From Balamuthia mandrillaris (Eukaryota): a stretch of 64,000 nucleotides of DNA. The stretch is taken from the NCBI GenBank assembly GCA_031835245.2, contig JAVKOQ020000026.1, positions 1 through 64,000 of the forward strand, written 5' to 3'. The notes below the pieces were generated by a model. The model saw only the letters and a list, made by a program, of their open reading frames with translations. It made no database searches and had not been told where the DNA came from. Shown one piece after another: positions 8,801 through 23,333 of the stretch (position 1 is the first letter of the stretch; the number at the start of each line of letters is the position of its first letter). The translations under genes and the position numbers were made by a program.

Positions 8801-11800
8801 CCACTAGCGCTGTCAAAGATAATGTACTTCACCCGCAGTTCTTTCGCTCCATCATCACCATTGGCATTAAAGAAGGGATAGTTCGAAGTCGCTCCCACCG
8901 AAGAAAGATACAAACAATTGCCACCGCATTCGTTTACATATTGTTGAAGTTCTCCGGTGATGTCTTTGCTGAAGGGAGAAGATGGTTCTTGCTTCGACGA
9001 AGCTGATGCAGAAGAACTGCTTCTCCTTCTACTTCCTGCTCTTCTTCTGTTGTTTTTATTGTTATTGCTGTGGCTTGATCCTTCTTCGCCGGTGGCAACG
9101 TAACTGGCAGAAAGAATTTGCAGTTTGACGTTGTTTAGATCCATAATTGATATTTGAGGGCCGCTCTCATCCGAAGAAGAAGATGACGAAGTAGGGGTAG
9201 CAGAAGAGGAGCGTCGAAGGACAGAAATAGGAGAGGTAGGAGAGGTAGACATCTTTGAAAGCTCGGAAATAAACTCGGTAAAGGAGTACTTGCCATCTTT
9301 CTCTTTCTCCTTGTCTTTCTCCTTTTCCTTGTCTTTGTTTTTGGTGCTCGTTTCAGAAGGAGAAGTGCCTTTGGATTGGATGGCTCCTTCCTCTTCCACC
9401 TTTCGTCGAAGATTGAGATTGACGGAAGAAACGGCTAAACGAGTGACGCAAACAAGTTCTACTAAGCTCTGGAAGTAGGAAGAATACAGTTGGTTGTTGC
9501 TCTGTTTTTCCAGCTCATAAATGCGATTGATTTTGTTGCGTATTGTCATAAGTTTGTTGAGTGGCACCAACGCTACGATAACGAAAAAATCAGGATGGGT
9601 GGGTAGAAAAAATAAAAGTAAAAAGCACACAGAGAGAGCATAGAGAGGAGAATGAAAACGCACCTTTCTTTTGTACAGCTAGAGGAGCCTGCGGAATCTC
9701 CTGAATCACTCGAATGAGGAGCTGGATACCCCTCATCTTCGACGCCCTCTTCGCGTAACGAACGTACCACATGAGAGCCTCACAAAGGTCTATAATGTAC
9801 TCGTTGCGAATGATGGACTCCTTCGCGTCTGACATCAATAGCTCCAACAGCCAGTAGCCCAACTCAAAGTTGAGTCCATCTAACGCCTCCCTGTCGTTCA
9901 ACCGAAAGACTAACGGAATGATGGAGAAGCGAACGCCCCAATAGGTAGTTCCAGGTCCGCTAGTGAAGCGATACCAGAAACGGTCTGAGTGAATGACCAA
10001 GGGGCGGAAATTAGAGCCTCTACCCTGGAAGCGTTGGATAAGGTCCTGATGCAGCTCATCACGGTAGAAGGAGACGCTGGTCATCATCTCCGAGTGGTTG
10101 ATGGAACAGCGGGAGTCGAAGCGGATCATGAGGCTGCTGGCTCCTGGTATGTGGAACTTGGAGCGAACATCCACGTTGGGACGGTAAGGGTGCTCAGACT
10201 CTTCCACCAGAACGGGGGGAGGCACTTCCACAGCTTGAATAAAGTGGATGATGCACTCTTTTGTCAGTGTTTGCACTAACGATGGAGAGGAAGAGAAAGA
10301 AGCCTCTTCCATATCGTCTGATGATGAGGACTGAGTGTCTTGATTTTTTTGTTGAGTTCTGTTGTTGAGACTAGAGCGTAAACGTCCTCGTTTGGAGTAT
10401 TGTTGGTAGTCGATTTGGAGAGGGATCGCTCGTGCTGGTTCTTCCTTGAGAAGAGCGGCAAGCTTGGCTCTAAACGTATCCAACAAGGGTGACCCTTGTT
10501 GCGCCTTTTCGTGGTTGGATGAGAACAAGAAAATAGATAAAAAATAAAGCAAAGCAGATAATAAAGAAGGAAAATACGCACTCGTCCAGAAGATTCAGCT
10601 CCAGAATACAAAAACTCGGCACTAGCCAACTTGAGAAGGTCCATCACGCTCTTCATCGATTCTTGTGAGTCGATGGCAATCGGGAATGTCGGCCATTCGG
10701 CTATCAGTGACAACATTGCTCTACGCACTTTGAGAATGGCCAACGCTGTTTCTACCTCCACCACTTTTTATGCATTGGTTAACGAAGGAAAGAAGTGAAG
10801 AATGAAATAAAATATCAACGTACAAGCATTCTTGATCTTGACAGGAGCAGCAGTACAAAGCTCGACACATGGGTCTTGCCACATATCTCTTGGTTTCTCC
10901 AAAACCTGGAAAGAAAACCAAAACGAGCGCTTGCTGCATGTGTCCGCATCGAAGAACCGCAGCTCTACCATCAGAAGGTCTGGATTTACTGCTGTTACGA
11001 CTCCTGTTCTTCCCGCAAACTATTTTGGTTTGGTATTAGGAAAAGAAATTCAAGAGCGACTTAACAAAACAAAAGAAAGATATAACATCACCATGTCCAT
11101 AGAAGGATGCCAAGAGGGAGTTTGGGAGTTAACAGCTGCGCTAGGAGAGACGCAAAGCAGCATGCCGGGCGTTATTTCCTTGATGGTCACCGTCTCCAGC
11201 TCTCTGCCTTGTCGCTGCGTGCGAGCAATTTGTATCGGCGCATCCGCCCCTATCTCATCGTCCAAGTATCGTCCTCCTTCTTGTGACTCACTACTCGTTT
11301 GGAAGAGCTCATCCTCTTCCTCTCGTTCAAAGTTGGTGAACTCATCTTCATCTTCTGCTTCTTGCTCTTGTGGTTCTTCTTCTTCCATTGCAGCTGTGGC
11401 AGTCGTGGAGGAAGTTGAAGAGGATGAAGAGGATGAAGATGCAGCTATTGCATTCAATATTTCAGGAGGAATATCATCGCCATTCTCTCCGCCGTTTTGC
11501 ACCAACAATTGTTGCAACCATTGTTCTTGCCGCTCCGCATCTTCCTGGCGACTCCGTTCCAAACTTTCTGCTTCCATTCGTTCTTTTTTTATTTTGCAAA
11601 TGAGTTGAGCAGAGAGAGAGAGGGAAAGAGGAAGACAGAGAGATAACAGAGACGAGAAGAGAAGTAAAAAGAAAGCAAACCTAATTCTCTAAAGCCGTTC
11701 TCAAATAGCCAATTCGCTGCAACTTGCATGTCGTCATTGGACTTTTCCAAAGCGATAACACATAGCTCAAGTGGGAACATTGGAGTCATCGATTGCAACA

Positions 11801-14800
11801 TTTCAGCCTACAATGAAACATCGGTCAAGTTCATTTATGTGTGAGATACGTGAGGAAAAGTAAAGGAGAAAGGAAAAGAAACGTACATCAGTGCGCCGCT
11901 TGATTTCAACAGGGGTAAGCGAACTCGTTTGCTCCGCGTTCTCTACCAACTGTTCTACATAGTTTTCCGGCAATATCTCCATGTAGTTGTAATAAAACCG
12001 TTCCTGTCCAAAGTTCACCACAACACGACACCGATCAGTTGCTATCCACAACGCAGGACTGAATCTACCGTTAACGTTGTCGAAAGCGGGGCCGAGAGTC
12101 TGTCCGTTCTTCGTGAAGAAGAGAATGCCAAGTCTGTGGGACCAACCGCAACCGATCACGTCACCGACGCCGCAGCGAGGGCCGTAGGCGGGGTCCACGG
12201 GAAGGTCGGAGTTGTGGTAGGTGGCTCCCTCGTCAGCCTGGAAGCAATAGCTGTTGTTGCCGGGACTACCAAAGAGCGGCATGCCATCACGATACAGTCC
12301 TATTGCAACTCTAAAAAAAATCCATCAACAAAACAAAGCAACAAAGATTATAGAAGATAGGAGAGAAAGCAAAAACGGGAAGCTAGATTCGCGAGAAGGA
12401 TCTCACCAACCTTGGATATTTATGGCCTTCCGAAGAAGAGGCGCCAGAGTTGTTGCGTTTCTCGCCAAGGATTTTGACTTCAAAGTAAAAAGCAGGAACA
12501 GTGTTGGGAATGGAGTAGTTAGCTTTGGCAAGGCCAATGCTTTGGGGATCTAGACATTGGCCCATCATCAAACGAGGATTACGCAGAGAAAACGCGATGT
12601 TTCGTGCAGTTCCTGTTTTGTTTGTCGTGTGAGAGAAAAAAAGAAAGGGGAATAAAAGGAGCAGAAAGGAGAAGGTCAAACCTCGATCCATAGCCGTAGG
12701 AAGGTGGAATTGCAACAAATTCAATGGAGAGTATTTAAGACGGCTCGTTCTGTTCCATCGATCACGAACAGCATAAATCTCATCCTTGAAAACAAACTTC
12801 TTCATCGTTTTTTCATCCTCTTTATCAATGGTTTCATCTTTGCGCCCTCCTTCCTCTTTGTGGTGTTGTGTTGGATAAAACTGATCGCGAATGCCGTAAA
12901 GCAATTCCCATAAACGGTCCTCGATCTTTTCCATGTTTTCGAGACTGTGAAACTCATCCAGTTGAGTGGGAGAGATGGCCATCTTCAATAAAGTCGGAAA
13001 CAGCTTTTGAGCGTAAAGCTCTGAAGTGGAGGAGCCATTCTTGTCGGCAAGAGCAGTGCAGAGATATTTCAACACGCGGGAACGCAGTTGATGGAAAAGA
13101 AGATCAGCAGCGCAGTGACCAGCATCTACTTCCTCTTCATCTTTATATTGCAAAAAGGAAAAAAAAAACGTCAGAAGAACAAAAGAAATAAAGGAGGGAG
13201 AAAGAAAGATACCATCACTAAGTGTTTCGTCTTCCTCGAAGATGATATTGTCAACATCTATAAACTCTTCGTGAGAGTCACTAGCGGAGTTCTCAATGGA
13301 GGAATCCGAGTCTTGTTTCTTCAAGAAAGCGGACTTAACGGGACCCATTGCAGGGTTCGCTGTATTACAAATCTCGCAGTTTTGAGCGGCCGGTATGTTG
13401 ATAAATGTGCACGCTGGACAAGACCACGGTTCCTTTTTGACTTGTGAAGAGGACGACTTATCCTTTATGAAATGTTGTAAGAATACGTCCAGAACAGCGC
13501 AAAGAAAAACTAGAAATAAACCTTCTTAGCCTTTGGCTTAAGCTTTGGTTTCACTTGAGCTTTAGCAATCTTGCTAAGGCGGGAGTTGTTGGTTGAATTC
13601 TTGTTGCCTCCTGTTCCAGCGCTAGAAGAAAGGAGATCAGAGCGACGACTTTTTGTTTGCAAAGGCTCCACTGCAAAAAGAATGACGGAGGGAATCACAT
13701 CCGCTGTAATCGGGAACCTTTCCGTGTTGGCAGCAATCTACACTCATCAAATATAAATAAGAAGGAAGAAGGGAAGAAGAAGGAAGAAAAAACAAACCTC
13801 AGGAATAGGTCGGAGCATTTCGGAAGAGACCTTGATGATCTGTCCCATATTAGAATCGAAGATGACTCTGGCTTCCGCAGAGTCACGATCATAGAAGGTG
13901 ACAGTGCCAGTCTCCTGCTGCGCTCCCTCGGTTTTGGTCACCACTCTTGCTCCCACTCTCATGCGATCGGTGTGTCCACCAATAATGCTGAGCGCAGCAA
14001 AAGCTCTCCACAAGATTTTATGGTTATTGTTGCTGTTGCTCTTAAGAAGGTCGTTGTAGAATGAAGAGCGTATGGTTTGAGTAGCAGGATCAACCATGGA
14101 AGGAATCTTTTGGATGGCTTGCAACATGGCTTGTTGTAACAACGTCGTCCATTGAGGAATGTAAGAAGAACTAGTGGTAGTATTCAGGAGGTGACGGAAG
14201 AGCATGACCATTTCAGAGATTTCGTTGAACTTGACCTGTCCGTCGCGATAGTTCTGCAAGGAGGGGGAGAGTGTTTTGGAGGGAGACAAAGGATTTTGGA
14301 AAAGTGATATGTTGGCCGTACCCTCTTCCTCCGTTTCTATGTTCATCGCTAACAGTCCTGAAAACATTGATGAAGAAGATGATGGCGAAGAGGAAGAGGA
14401 AGAAGAGGAGGAGGCAGCACGATCAGTGTGAATCTGAATCTCCAACGCTCGACCTATCACATCGAAGAAGCAGTGAATGAAGGCCATTTCTGGAGTCAAA
14501 TCATCTTCATCTGTCTTTGTCCCTTGCTCCAGTTCCATCATCGATCCATTCTCTTCCGGCGTAGTGCCAACGGCATGAAGCAAATCTTTCCTAGAGCAAC
14601 AAAACAGCTCATCCCAGTCTTGGTAAAGACGTAATTCTTGTCTCAATTCTGCGTTTGTGATGAATAAAGCGGGATCAATCTTAGGCAGTACGTGACGAAG
14701 CAAACGCAACACTAGTCGTTGAATGCGAGGTGTGCCCAAACGTAACAGCTGCAAGAAGACTTTGAGAACTTTGGGAGAGGTCATCACTCCAGAAGAAGAG

Positions 14801-17800
14801 GTTGAAAGTGCGGATGCGGAACGACGAAGGTTTATCTTCGGGGATAAAGTGGAAGAAGCAGAAGAAGGAACAGCAAGAGTTGCTGCTCGACTGGAAAGCA
14901 TTGGAGAGGAAGAGGGAGAAGCAGAAGAGGAAGATGCTGATGATGAAGAGGAAGAAACAAGAGCAAGAACGGTTGAAACTTCGCCTTCTCCTTCACGAAT
15001 GCTAATGACGCCCAAAAGCATAAGCATGGAGTAACAGAATCGTTCCTCTTGATGATAGTCATCAATCTTGTGGTAGTGATTGGTCGCTATTTGAGAGCTT
15101 ACCTCTCCGCCACCATTTTCAAATTCTGTTTCGTCGTCTTGTTCGCCTCCTCTGATCACCGTTTGCGACACAAAATTCTTTCTCTTTTGTCCTAGTTTTG
15201 CGATAGAGCCTGTGATATCCGAAAATATTACATCCAGCACGTGTTGCTGGAATGTATCTAACTTGTCTGTTACTTTTTCTTCTTCCTCTTTCGTCTTTGC
15301 ATCCGTTATCATCGTCGTTTGTTCTTTGTTGTTAGCGCCGTTGTTGTTAGCCTCACGAGATCCTTTGTTCTGACCAACGCACACAATAACTAGTAAACGG
15401 TAAGTAAGGCTCGCCAAGTGCTTGAAACGTTGATCCAGTTTCTTGTCACAACTCTTTTCTTCCGCATTTGTTTCTGAATGCTGTTTTCCTTTGTTTAGTA
15501 CTTCCTCTTTCTCGCTTTCGGTAAGATATTGTTGAGATGAGGATGAAGAAGCGTGCAAGCCTTGGAAAGTTAACTTGCGCAGAGTGTCAAAAATTTGGAC
15601 GTGCATGAGGAATGGATGGTCTTTGGGCATGAAAGACAAGCACCATGCTTGCAATGAGAGGGCTCGTGTAGTTGGATCCAACGACTCATTTACCAATAAC
15701 TGAATAAAATTGTGTTAGCATCGAACTTTGCTAAAAAAAAGACAGGAAAGAGACGTTACCTTTGCCAAGTATGAATACAAATGTACAAACGATACTTCTA
15801 ATTTCTTCTCAAAGGCAGGGCCGCATGCCTTTAGTTTTGAACAAAAGGGGTTACAAAGGTGAGGCAAAGAAGCATGGGATGAAAAAGGTAGTTTTTTTTT
15901 CGCGTACCAAAACATCTTTCAGATAATGCCGCATGGTGACCAGCGCGGGACCTACCACTTTGAGCATGTCATGTTGCACCGAGGTCAACTTCAAGCTCGT
16001 TAGCAACTCGTACAACGCGTTCAACGCTGCTATCCTTCCCCTATTTTCCGATTATTATGATTTTAGAGTGGAAAAAAAGACAACGAAATGACACCTCTCT
16101 CTCATTTACAAACCTTGCTCTGGTCAATCTCCTGTTCAACAGCTCTATGAGTGTCGAGGTAGATCCACTTTCTCCCTCGTTCTGTATGAACGAAAAGATA
16201 TGAACGGGTAGGGTAGCAAAAAGGTTTTGTCTTCTCTGTCTGCGTCCCTTGCTGTTGGTCAAAAAGCCTCTTCCCTGTTGGTGGTGATGCCTGTGATGAC
16301 TTTGAAGCGCTTGCCAAGTTTCAAAGAGAGATTTCCACAGCTGCAAAGAGGACTTGTCCTCTTGACTCTCCTGCGATTGACGAAGACTGACAAAGTTTCT
16401 TTGCTGCTTGTCCTTCTTCTTGTTGAGCCTGCGTGACATAGTTGGCGAGAGAGCGGAGGACATGGAGGAGATGAACTTCTCCTCCGTGGTAAGAAACTCC
16501 TCCTCCTCTCCACAGGCCCCGCCATGTCCCAAGGAAGTTGAGGATGAGAGCCCAGGGGTAGAGGTGCAAGATTTCAGACGAAGCAACAGCTTCATGTTCT
16601 CGATGACTTGATTGCTGAGCTCAAAGTATTTAGCACTATTTCAGGGTACAAGCAAACGGTTAGCACGGAAAAACAAGATGAGGTTGGTGAAATTAAGAAA
16701 AAGAAAGGGGAAAAACGGAAAACTCACTTTGGATCCGCAAATTCGGGCTGTCTCTCCTTTTCCTTGTCTGGCAAAGTCTCACCACGTTGCCTGGCCAGTT
16801 CTCTTTCTTCCTCCAGACGTTCCTCCTCCTGCAACAATCTATGTTGCGAGGTCTGCACGATCCATCGCCTCACCTTTTGAGCCTCCCTACAAATCTCTAC
16901 CAGTTGGCTGGTCTGTTCCTCTGTGCGCGTCTCGGAGTTCAGGGCTGCTGCCGCTAGTCCCAAATGCTTCACGTTGGTGGCGATGTAATAGCGTGTCGCG
17001 AGAGCGACATGAGAGCCTCCCATCATGTCTGTAGGCGACATGGGCAAGTGTTTGCGTGTGAGAGTGAGAAACATTTTCGCTCCCACCGAGTTCTCATCTT
17101 TGATAAAGTCTTCCAAGAACTCTGCTGCCTCGTCTGCTTTTTTACGTTTTCTTCCTTTCCTTCTGTTATTGCTAGCTGCTCTGCTTCTGCTTTTCCTTCT
17201 TTCTCCTTCTTCCGCTTGCTCTTCCCCTTCCTCTTCCTCTTCCTCTTCTTCCGCTTCCATCTTGTCTTGTGGTTTTTTGGAAGAAGGGGAATCTTCTTCA
17301 AACATTTGCTCCTCTTCCCATCCACCGCTAAAGAGCGGAGACTGCAACAAAGGCTCATAACGTTTTTCCAAGGATGTAACTCTCGGTCCAATGAGCATAC
17401 AACCTAAAGTGTTGGCCGTAAGGTGAGCCACTGTTCTTTCAAGCTCGTAAAGCCAGCTGCGGCATTGCCCCAACACCAAAGGAGTGACAATGCAACGATA
17501 GCCCCAGTAGGTTTGGAAGGAGTTGGAGTGGAAATGAAATACGACAGTGTCGCCGGGCACGATGATCGGAACTTTGGGCCAATTGGTGCTTGGGCCACAA
17601 AATTTGGTCAGAATAGGCTCTGTTTGGAACGGTCCTCGGTACAGCTGAAGCCAATCCCCGTTGTCCTTTTAAAACAAACCAATACAAATGAGAAACATGA
17701 GACAAGAAAAAGAAGTGAGCTAACTAAGCCCAGGAATAAAAGAGGACGTAAGAAGTACTTTGGTACTGCATCTGGGATCAAAGGTTACGCATAAGTGAGT

Positions 17801-18297
17801 GGCACCTGGAATGGTGATGACCTTCTCCTCATCAGCATCCGGGTAGTACTTATGAGGGCTTTCCACTTCCATAGCAGGCGCCATCGCATTGCCATAACAA
17901 GAGGAAGAGACCACTCGCTCTGTGTCCAAATAGTCCATTTCCTCAGCGGTGATGGCAGTGGACTTTATGTTAAACGAGTCCAGCCGCTTCATAAACTCCA
18001 CCAACAGTGGCAACATATTCTCTGAAAGCTCATCTCGAAAGTCAAAGTACCGCCAGACATAGGGAGCAGTGGCAGAGCTGGCTTGCGTCACAGTAGAGGG
18101 AGGGCTCAAAGTGGGAGAGCAGAAAAGCGACACAGCTAAGAGAAGGTAGCGTAAAAGTTGGTTGAGAGGAGAAGCGTCTATGCTGCGAAGGAGATATGCG
18201 TCCATCGATTTGCCTGGACTATTACCTATTAATAAACAGTTCATTAAAGAGATTTCAAAGGGAAAGAAGAGTCTAAAAGGGACATTATAAAGAAAAC

Positions 18298-18334
<37 letters not shown>

Positions 18335-20000
18335 GTGTCAAAAACAAGTTGGTAGCAAAAACAGCATCCTGAAACTCAATAGCAAGCTCCAGCGTAAGTC
18401 GCACATACAACAGGAACATGCGGAACGCAGGGTCTTGGTTGTCCTTGCAACAAACAACCTGCCGAATGAGATCTTTTTGCAAAGCTGTCAACAGAGTCAA
18501 CGATGGGAGATAAGGCAGATCTCCCTTTGAAGAGGACTTGGTGTCGTCCTTGTCTTTGTCTTTGGAAGAAGGCATTGCCTGTGATGCTTCCTCCTCTGGT
18601 TGTTGGTAAGAAGTAGCAGCACGAGAGATGGCTTGCTTGGCACGGTTCCACACATGATTGGTGAGCATATACAAAAGACTCTTTCTGAACTGCTTTTCTT
18701 CTTCTTTCTCTTCCTTCACACTCAACCGTCGGCTACGTTTGTGCTCTTCTTGCTCTTGCAGGCTTGGAAGGCTTTTCTTGACAGGGGAGGTTTGTGTTGC
18801 TGGTTTATCTTGGGAAGTTGATGAAGTTGCTGAGGATGATGATGACGTTTCTGCTTTTTCCTTGCCCTTGGATTTGTCTTCTACGTCAGATGACGATGGC
18901 ATTGCTTCTTTGGCTGAAGTAGTATTAAAGAACAAATAGCAAGGAGGGATGATCACATGAGAAAACAAACAAAGAAAGGGAACAAACCGAGTAAGTGACT
19001 AGGAAGAAGGGGAAAAAGAGGGAAGAGAAAGAGGGAAACGAAACGACGAAAGAGAAAGAGAAAGAGAAAGAGAACATTAAGGACAACAAGGAATGAAGGC
19101 GTTACCAGCTGCTTGAAGCTCAAGAAAGTTGGCCACCTCTTCTGATAAGGACAAGTGGAGGTTGGGCAGTTCTGCCAACCTCGCCAGTAACACCTTCAGA
19201 ACGCCAACTTCCTCCGAGTCACAATTGTTGAAGAGGTTGAGCACAAACTCACCCCTTCGTGTCTTGAGCTCCTCCTCCGCACGCTTATCCCAACACCTAC
19301 GAATTACGCCCAATCGCATGTGTGAGCGAAGAAGTGCCAAGTGACTGTTCTCTAGCTGCTTCTTTCTCAAGGAAAGCAGCGTATCAAAACTGGATGTGCC
19401 TGGTTTTCAAGGAGTGATATATTTAATGAGCAACAGCGAAAGAGACACAAGAAATAGAAGAAAGAGGAAAATAAGAAATGGGAATAGAGAATAGAGAAAA
19501 AAGAGCAGATAAGAAAAGAACAAGCGAACGAGAAGAGAGAAAGAAAGAGGACGAGAGCAGAAGAAAGAGTTACTGTGAGCACAAATGGAAGCTATTTCCT
19601 TGGTCAGCCACTTGATCTGTGTTTGGTTGAGGTGCAGGTACTGCTCGCAGAGCAGGGCGAGCGCGTTCTCAATGTCCCTCCCCTTCTCCTTCCGCCGCTT
19701 CAGCTTGGCCAGCAGCTCATCATCGCTGGCCCAGCGCGTCTGCGAACTCTCCAGCCGGCCGAGGTGGCGCGTGACCACCCACTCGTCATCCAGCAGGTTG
19801 AACCAGCTCTCCTCCAGCTCTTGCAGCCGCTCCAGGTCCTCGTTCAGGGTGGAGAGCAATGAGGAAAGGGAGAAGAGATCCGCTCCGCCACCTCCAGGAG
19901 ATTGGGCGGTGTTAGAGGGAGGTGGTCCGCCGCTGTTGCCACCCGATTGTGTTGTGCCGGCATGGGCGGAGGTTTGTAGCGTGGAATCGATGTTTCCCAT
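5805..20000 (-). CDS. Giant multi-exon HECT E3 ubiquitin ligase (HERC/HECTD4-like) with SPRY, UBA-like, CUB-like and LamG/ConA domains
   Basis: C-terminal HECT (GEGGRDAGGLFRD, FLRFVWGRSRLP, LPVSHTCFFQLELPRYSS); SPRY (FYFEVKI, GDVIGCG, FFTKNG); ESEHPY and ESPHKY CUB-like units; LamG (WTHVACC..RVYINGSL); N-terminal MGNIDS. A single transcript is inferred from same-strand exons with GT-AG boundaries. Confidence 0.8.
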
Positions 20001-20073
20001 CCCTTAACGCTATATCCTTTGTTTTCGTTTATCTGTTTCTTCAGAAATGAAAATAGATTGGTTTTTGATGAGA

Positions 20074-20105
<32 letters not shown>

Positions 20106-20699
20106 TAGAAAGAGAAGAAGGAAAAATAAAAAGCCTTGAGTTAAATCGATTGTATAGTTTTAAAAAAAATAGGTCGTACCCTTTGGCGTGTTTTTTTTTT
20201 TTTTATTCTAGAAGTTTTTTTTGTCTCGTTTTATTTCCGAAGAAGAAGAAAAAGAAAGACCTTTTTTTTCTTCTTGCTGTCTCTCTCTTCTTCGGCAAGC
20301 GGGGAAAAAAACACGCGCGCTACTCTTTTTGTTGTTGTTCTTTTTCTTTCTCCTATTCGCTTTCTTTCTTTCTTGCTCTGTTATTTTTTTTGGCTGAAAG
20401 GAATGAAGGATAGGAGCCAGGACGTGAGACACAGCGTGCTAAGAGAGGCCATGGACAACGATAACGCGGGAACCGATCAATGGATCAAATCATTCAAACC
20501 ACCAATCAAAATGGGTAACATTTGGAATTTCGCCATAGATCGCAAATGTCGACAAAATAAACCTGTGCACTTTTTGTGGTCAAATTCATCACTAGGTTCG
20601 TGGCTCTGCTCCATTCGTGCACAAATGCTGCCCAATTAAAGTAGTAAGAAAGAAGAAAGAAAAGAAGAAAAAGATCCGAAACACACACCACGCACCGCA

Positions 20700-22650
20700 A
20701 TGGACACCGCTGGAGGAGGAGGTGGTAAGGACGGCGAGGCTCCCTCGGTACAAGAGAACACAGCCCATAAAGTAGAAGAAGAAGCCGTAAGAGAGGAGCT
20801 TCGCGACAAGTTGACGCTCGAAGAGCCACAGAAGGACAAACAAGTGGAGGAAGAGGAGGGAATAATCATCGAAGAAGGCGAGGAGGAGGATTTGTTGGCG
20901 GGCGTGGACGACGATGTGTTGGTGGAAGGGGATGAGGTGGAGATCGTCTCGGGGGATGAGGATGAGGATGAAGGAGGAGAAGGCGGCGAGGGGGAGGGCG
21001 AAGAGGGAGGAGCGACCACCGATGGCGAGGAGGGCATGATGGAAATCCCCGACGACTCTGTTCAAGGCTTTTTCTCTCACACAGGTTTTTTTTTCCTTTC
21101 CTTCTCATTTTTTTTCTTTTTTTTTTTTGATTCGTTTTTCTTCTCTTTTGCACAAACAACAAAACCCAAAGACTCAGTCTACTGTGTGGCCCTCAACCAG
21201 AAACGGCCCAACATCGCGGCCACAGGCGGCGGTGACGACGTGGCCTACCTCTGGGACGTACAAACGGGGGAGACCCTGGCCAAGCTAGAGGGGCACACGG
21301 ACACGGTGGTCGACGTGGGCTTCAACCACGATGGCACGCTGCTGGCCACCGCCTGTATGGACGCCACGGTGAAGGTGTGGAACGTGGAGTCCGGAACCTT
21401 GGTGCAGACTTTGGACGGACCACAGGAGGGTGTGGATGTATGTCATTCTCCTCTCTCTCTCTCTCACTTCTTTATTCTTGCAGTCTCTCTGCTACTTTGT
21501 TTGTTATAACATGCTCACTCTTTCTTTTGTCTGTGTTTGCTTTTCCGTTTCTTTCAAACAAAGTGGATATCATGGCATCAAAAGGGTAACGTCGTCTTAG
21601 GCGGTTCCAGCGATGGTACTTGCTGGATGTGGCTGGCCTCCCTCGGCAAGTGCATGAACGTCTTTGCCGGGCACAATGGCCCTGTCACTTGTGGCGCCTT
21701 CTCTGGCAATGGCAAACGTGTGGTGACTGGCAGCGAGGACGGCACAGTGCGTGTGTGGGACCCGAAGACAGGTCAAACGGTGCACACTATCAAAGGACAC
21801 GGCTTCCATGAGGAGGGGGTTATCTGCCTGGACTGCCATCCGGAGGAGTCCATCGTCATCACGGGCTCACATGACCAGACAGCCAAGCTGGTCAACATTC
21901 GAACGGGGCGGGTCTTGGCTGACTTTACCGGTCACACGGAGTCTGTGGAGTCTGTTGGCTTTTGTAATGTGTACGTAGATATCTTTCTGTTATTATTGGT
22001 GCTGACGTTTATAATTTTCTTGTGTGTTAACATTTTCTTTTTCACTCTGTCGTCTCTGGTTTCTTTTCATGTGTTAGGCTTCCGTTGGCGGCGTCAGGCT
22101 CAATGGACTCTGAAATAAGGATTTGGGACCTGAATACAATGCAACTTCGGACCACATGCAAGGGACACGGTGATGGCATCGTCAAACTCAAATGGCATCC
22201 AACGGAGCCACTTTTGTATTCTTGTTCAGTGGATAGGAGTCTTCGTTTGTGGGATGGTCGAACAGGTACTTGCGTAAAGACGTGGGAGGGCCATCAGGAT
22301 ATCGTGCTGGACTTTGACATCTCTCCGTACGCTCTCTTCCATCCTATTATTGTTTTATTATTCTTCGTTTCTAATAAGACAAAAGTAGGGATGGAGAAAT
22401 GGTGGTCTCTTCCTCAGATGATAACGTGGCGCTGGTATTCAAGGTTCATGATGACGAAGAAGATGCTGGTGCTTCTTCATCATCCTCTGTTCCTGTTGAG
22501 GAAGACAAGGGAGAGGCGCCAACAGAACAAGAGGAAGAAGAAGAAGCCTCTTCCTCCACCACCAACATGGATGAGACATCAACCACACAACAAGAAACGA
22601 CGGAAACCGAAGAACAAGAAGGAGCAGGAGGTCCTCCCTCTTCTGAATAA
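20700..22650 (+). CDS. AAMP: WD40 protein AAMP/SQT1 (ribosomal protein uL16 chaperone), multi-exon
   Basis: Acidic N-terminus, DDSVQGFFSHT, ATGGGDDVAYLW, WISWHQKGNVVLGGSSDG and several GH..WD repeats. Confidence 0.85.
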
Positions 22651-22704
22651 ACGATTCTCTTTCTCTGAAAGAACCAAAAAAAAAAAAGCGATGGATGCTG
22701 TTAA

Positions 22705-22804
22705 CGGCCCTTCCCAGAGTCGAACTGGGACCTCCCTCTGTAAAGGAATTGACTTGATCGGTAAATCATTGCAGGGGCGTGATGCCAACTTACACCAAAG
22801 GGCC
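22705..22804 (-). tRNA. tRNA-shaped gene with ~26-nt intron-like insert; anticodon undetermined (copy 1)
   Basis: Reverse complement: acceptor GGCCCTT/AAGGGCC, A-box TGGTGTAAGTTGG, T-arm CCCAG-TTCGACT-CTGGG, downstream oligo-T. Confidence 0.75.
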
Positions 22805-23333
22805 TTTTAACAACAACAAGATAACAAATAACCTTGCTCACAGATGGCTGATGGCCGGCGTCGCTTTTTACTTGGTTGCTTTGCTGGGCGAGGTCAGCAT
22901 TATGGGAACAGCAACACGTGTTCACCGAAATGGAATTCCATTCCTGCCGACACAACATTACTCCCCTCCTTCTCGTCCAAGAACTCGTTGTAGTCTCTTC
23001 ATTTCTCTCCTGGGGCCACCACACTTGTGTACTTTAAGTTCCTTTGTGGTGGTGGTTGTATCGGTTCCGTAGCGCAGGCCTGAGGTGTGTTGGTTGAAAG
23101 GAACGATTAAGTGTGTCCAGAGATTCTCCCATAGTGGTTAGAATCTTCATTGGATGAGCATAATAAACCTAGGAAGTCTCTCTTTGTCAAGCTTCGAACC
23201 TTCACAGAGGGGAGAGTTCTTTTATTTTCACAACTCCACTCAAAAAAACATAACTTGGGCTATAAAGATTAATATTAATATTATAAAAGAACAAAAACCA
23301 GGTTTGGTTCTCGATTCGTTTCTCCGACCCATT

